A stretch of DNA of 63,328 nt, counting the filler, from Reticulomyxa filosa (Eukaryota; Protista; Foraminifera): NCBI GenBank assembly GCA_000512085.1. It is 23 parts of 23 records of this genome, joined end to end, with 100 filler letters (N's around TTAATTAATTAA, not from the genome) between each part and the next. Parts side by side here need not be neighbours in the genome. Positions count along the whole stretch, not along the records: positions 57,347 to 59,641 come from ASPP01023573.1; positions 59,742 to 63,328 come from ASPP01026446.1; 21 more parts are not named here. One strand, given 5' to 3'. Position 1 is the first letter of the stretch; each line of letters begins with the position of its first letter. The notes beneath the pieces are model-generated. The model was not told where the DNA came from. It made no database searches and was given only the letters and a program-made list of their open reading frames with translations. Positions 59,608 through 63,328 of this stretch are shown piece after piece. The position numbers and the translations under genes are program-made.

Positions 59608-60099
59608 TTTTCGATTCCACATGCACACGCACATATATATANNNNNNNNNNNNNNNNNNNNNNNNNNNNNNNNNNNNNNNNNNNNTTAATTAATTAANNN
59701 NNNNNNNNNNNNNNNNNNNNNNNNNNNNNNNNNNNNNNNNNACTAATATTTCAATTAATAATTAGTTAATGCTGATGAAATATTTTAATTTTAAATATAT
59801 ATTGATGTATCAAAGCAACTTAATTTATTAATGAACATAAATTAGATTGTTATTGCATTAAATTGACTTAAAAAGGCTCTCTTTTTTGTTTCCACCAAGT
59901 TTTGACACTTTAATCTCATTGAAGAAAGAAAAAAGTAAGTTGTCCTTCATAAAAGGATAAAACTTTAATGGTTCATTGTCACATCTCTTCTCAATGTTAA
60001 AAAATCAAAAAAACTAGCAAATATTCACAAAAAGCAAATATCAATTGACCAATTGACATTCTAAAAAAATTACAAATTTCTTTTTTCTCAAGGTTGTGC

Positions 60100-63000
60100 G
60101 GTTGGGTAGTCGAAAACCCCTTTTTTAATTGTATTGGAGAAGTTTGGAGTCTTGGGCTGGCGTTACGAGTATGATCACGCCATTCAATGTTTGTCCGATT
60201 GCCCAAGTCATTCCTCTCAAAGTTGGCCGTTACAAATTCGCAATTCATTATTTAAGGCCACACACAACGGGCACAAACACATCCAAGCCCACAATCAATC
60301 TAATTATCACTCCAACAACAATCACTCCAACAATCAAATCAACTCCAGAGCATGTTCATTTCAGTTAATTTCATCATATCTTTCAATTAAAAAATAAATA
60401 ATAAGTAAACGGGACATATATGAAACTTTGGCAAAAGTAATACGTATTCAATTGCACATATATAAAAAAATAAAAATAAAATAGTCAATATTGCAAGTGG
60501 ATGCAATCAAGAATCTAATTGCACGTTTGCTAGCAAGCAAGGTGTGAATGTGGCATTGTGCCCATGTACACTAGTGCATCAGATGATTGGGCGTCCATGT
60601 TGCAAATGTTGGAATGTGCAAAGTAGTCACAAAATGGCCAGCATGTGGTAAATGATATGGCCGACTACAACGACAGCGCCAGCAACGACAAATAACGGTC
60701 AGACAAGCACAATCAACGAATACAAGATTATTTGATAATAACAATTTTTTTGATATACGTATATATATGTTTTTTTGGAGAACATTTTAAAAGAACCACA
60801 AAACAATTTATGATTGTATTATTTTGTATGATTTGCATATTAAAAAAAATAGGCAACAACGACAATGACAAAAAAATAAAGTGGCATAGTCCACCCCTCC
60901 AGTCTCCGAAAGGAGTATATATGGTTTGTTTTTTTTATATTATTTTTTTAAAAATATTAACATGTTGTACGTGTTGTGAATAGAAATCCATCGCCACCGA
61001 GAACTGTTATTTTTTTCACTTACCTCCAATCCACACACACAAAAAAGAAATGGGGTTGAATGCCAACCCAGTGTCCCAAAAAAGTGCCAACGGTTTGTTA
61101 TGCTTATGTGTAAATTCTTTTTCTTTTGTCAAAATAATGTGATTGTGTGTATGTGTAATAAATAGGACTTCCCCCGATCACATAAAAAAAATTGTATTTA
61201 TATTTGTTTGTTTTTCTATGCACACATTATATATAAAAAAAAAAGTTGTTAAGTTTGCACCACAGGAAAAAAGTCGAAATTTGAGACCGAGCGCCGATCA
61301 AAAAGTTAATTGTATTTTTTTGATGTTCCTAAAAATATATAATAATTTTGTTTGTGTGTGACAGGTACAAGAAGATCAAAATATATTTGTTTTTTTTTTT
61401 AAAATATTGAAAGTGGGGAAGGGGAAAAAATTAATAGATAAAAAAGATAAATGGAAAAAAAAAATGGAGAAAATGGAAAAAGAAAAAATGAGGAAAAAAA
61501 AAGAGAAAAAAAGGAGAAAAAAAAGAAAGTAGAAAAAAAATTGTTATTATGAAAGAAAAAATAATGATAATAAAAAAAAGAATTATGAAAAAAAGAAAAA
61601 TAGAAAAAAAAGAAAAAGAAAAATAGAAAAAAAAGAAAAAGAAAAAAGAAAGAGAAAAAAAGATTGTTTTTAAAAGTTGGAGCTATGACTCCAAAAATTA
61701 AATGGTGTCGGTGAGCATCGACAAGCAGTTAAGTAAAATAAATAATTTTATCAATTTTTTATATTTGATTTGTTAAATAAAAAAATAGGACCGCAGCAGT
61801 GAACAACAACAACAAGTTCCAACAAACTCACATTATTCTCATTTTCATACTGTCATTGTGTGTTTCTCCATTTTTTTTTGTCACGATTTGTTTTATGATA
61901 TACAGACTTGGCAAGCCCAGCTGCAACAATACGAGTTTTTGGATGGTGAATTATGTATCGCGATAGCTGCCTTGCAATGTCGTCAAAAGTGTGTGCGGCA
62001 ATATAAACGTTGTGGATCTGGTTTTTTAGAGATTATTGTATTTGGGCAGCGACTGCTCGTTGTGATATCTTCAAGTTGAATCCATCAGCACCAACTTTTT
62101 CGCGCGCCATATTCTGCTGTGAAATGGGCTGTGGATTGGATGATCATTCGTGCTCACAGGCATATCGAAAGTTTTTTTATATAAACGCTTGCATTATCAC
62201 CTTGCCTGCGTTGATCAAAGCCAGCTTCTCGTGGACGATCTTTGGCAAAAAAACTATGGGTGATACGTTGTATAATAGCGTACATTTATTGCGCTTTATC
62301 GTGTTGCTTTCCAAGACATATACGTCCATGCAATGAAAGGCAGCAAAATTTTTTTAATTTGGGTGTTGGTTTGCGATACTCGGTCATCCATCATAGTCCA
62401 ACAAGCAAGCTTTATTTCAATGGAATATCTGGATACCACTGCGACAATCACTCCGGTGCAAATTGGTTCGACCACGTTCCACCGACAGTATAAACCCATC
62501 AGCATTTGCGTTCTCCAACAAGAGTCCTAAATTTGATACCAACACAAGGCCAAATGGTACTTATCTCAATATATTCTCAACAACATATTTTACAATCTTT
62601 CCATGCTTTTGTATTATAGTTTTGAAGACGATACATGATGATTATGATTTTTTATAAATTTGTCTTGGATATTGCCTTACCATCGTGTTTTTCAGGGTTG
62701 CTCAGGTTATATCTCGCACGTGGACAAATTATAGCGACAATGAAGATCAAAGGCGTGCACTGTCGTATAAGTGGCTTTAAATGCCGAACTGGTCAGTAAC
62801 AAAGATCCTGGGCTACAACAAGAGCAAAGGTGAAACAATTGCAAATTGAAGTGCGTATGTATTTGGAAATAGTTGCTAACACACGGTACGTAGTTTTGCA
62901 ACAATAATTATAGTGCGCATATCCATTAACATTGTGAGTGGCAAGCTTTCAAATGAAAAGGACGATAAGGGTATTACGACCAATACACATAGATGCTCAA

Positions 63001-63328
63001 ATCCCTTGTCCAGCAAGAGCCAGTTTATTCTACTATGCTATACATTACGGGTTGCAGTACCAATTCTGGAAGTTTCGGTGTGTGTTAATCTTTGTCAACA
63101 TTTACCTCAAATCGAGCAAATGGTATAAACTTTATCTGTTGTTATAATACATAGATCTGGTATGTGGACATTTGATAATATATCACTCGGATGGAAAATG
63201 TCGATTATTTGGTTGCAGACATGGAACGACGCAATGTCTGGATATTAAATATCCAAGCGTAGGCAGTGTGGCGAGTGAACTTGGATATTATTGTGAGCAA
63301 AGTTTTGGACTTGCTTGTAATTCTTTCA
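60100..63328 (+). pseudogene. Degenerate cell-surface multi-pass membrane protein gene, paralogue of 6680-9256
   Basis: P/T-rich repeats (60270-60350), Cys-rich exons and hydrophobic segments, with many frameshifts. Introns at 61145-61200 and 61675-61788 align with 6482-6530 and 7021-7135. Confidence 0.5.

Noticed and set aside
6367-59741. Regularly recurring TTAATTAATTAA palindrome as a biological repeat or CRISPR-like array
   Set aside because: It is always centred in N runs of fixed length, so it is an artificial six-frame-stop contig linker.

Overview
AT-rich, intron-containing eukaryotic DNA. It is not one locus: 23 short contigs are joined by 22 artificial 100-nt spacers (N44-TTAATTAATTAA-N44), so adjacency across spacers has no biological meaning. 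The source is inferred to be a foraminiferan, probably Reticulomyxa filosa. That inference rests on an EFL-type elongation factor and on expanded Kelch/WD40, TLDc, TPR, caspase-like and NACHT families with many pseudogenes. Housekeeping genes, mostly partial: a USP47/USP40-like deubiquitinase, TM9SF, PI4K-III-beta, PSD2-type phosphatidylserine decarboxylase, centrin, Rpn9 and a decaying EFL copy. Mobile DNA: several deletion-riddled copies of one LINE family, Tc1/mariner-type termini including a complete 114-bp fold-back MITE, and a candidate Helitron 3' end next to an intronless Tudor-SAM-RING gene. The strongest leads are innate-immune-like architectures that the ORF track hides. One is a pseudogenised NLR-like gene with a RelA/SpoT-like nucleotidyltransferase fused N-terminal to a NACHT NTPase (24714-26153). 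The other is an open caspase-like protease (HG...VCRG) fused to 126-nt near-identical TPR repeats with hypervariable codons (36712-38142). No tRNA, rRNA or CRISPR array was recognised. All domain calls come from manual translation and motif recognition; no database searches were run.
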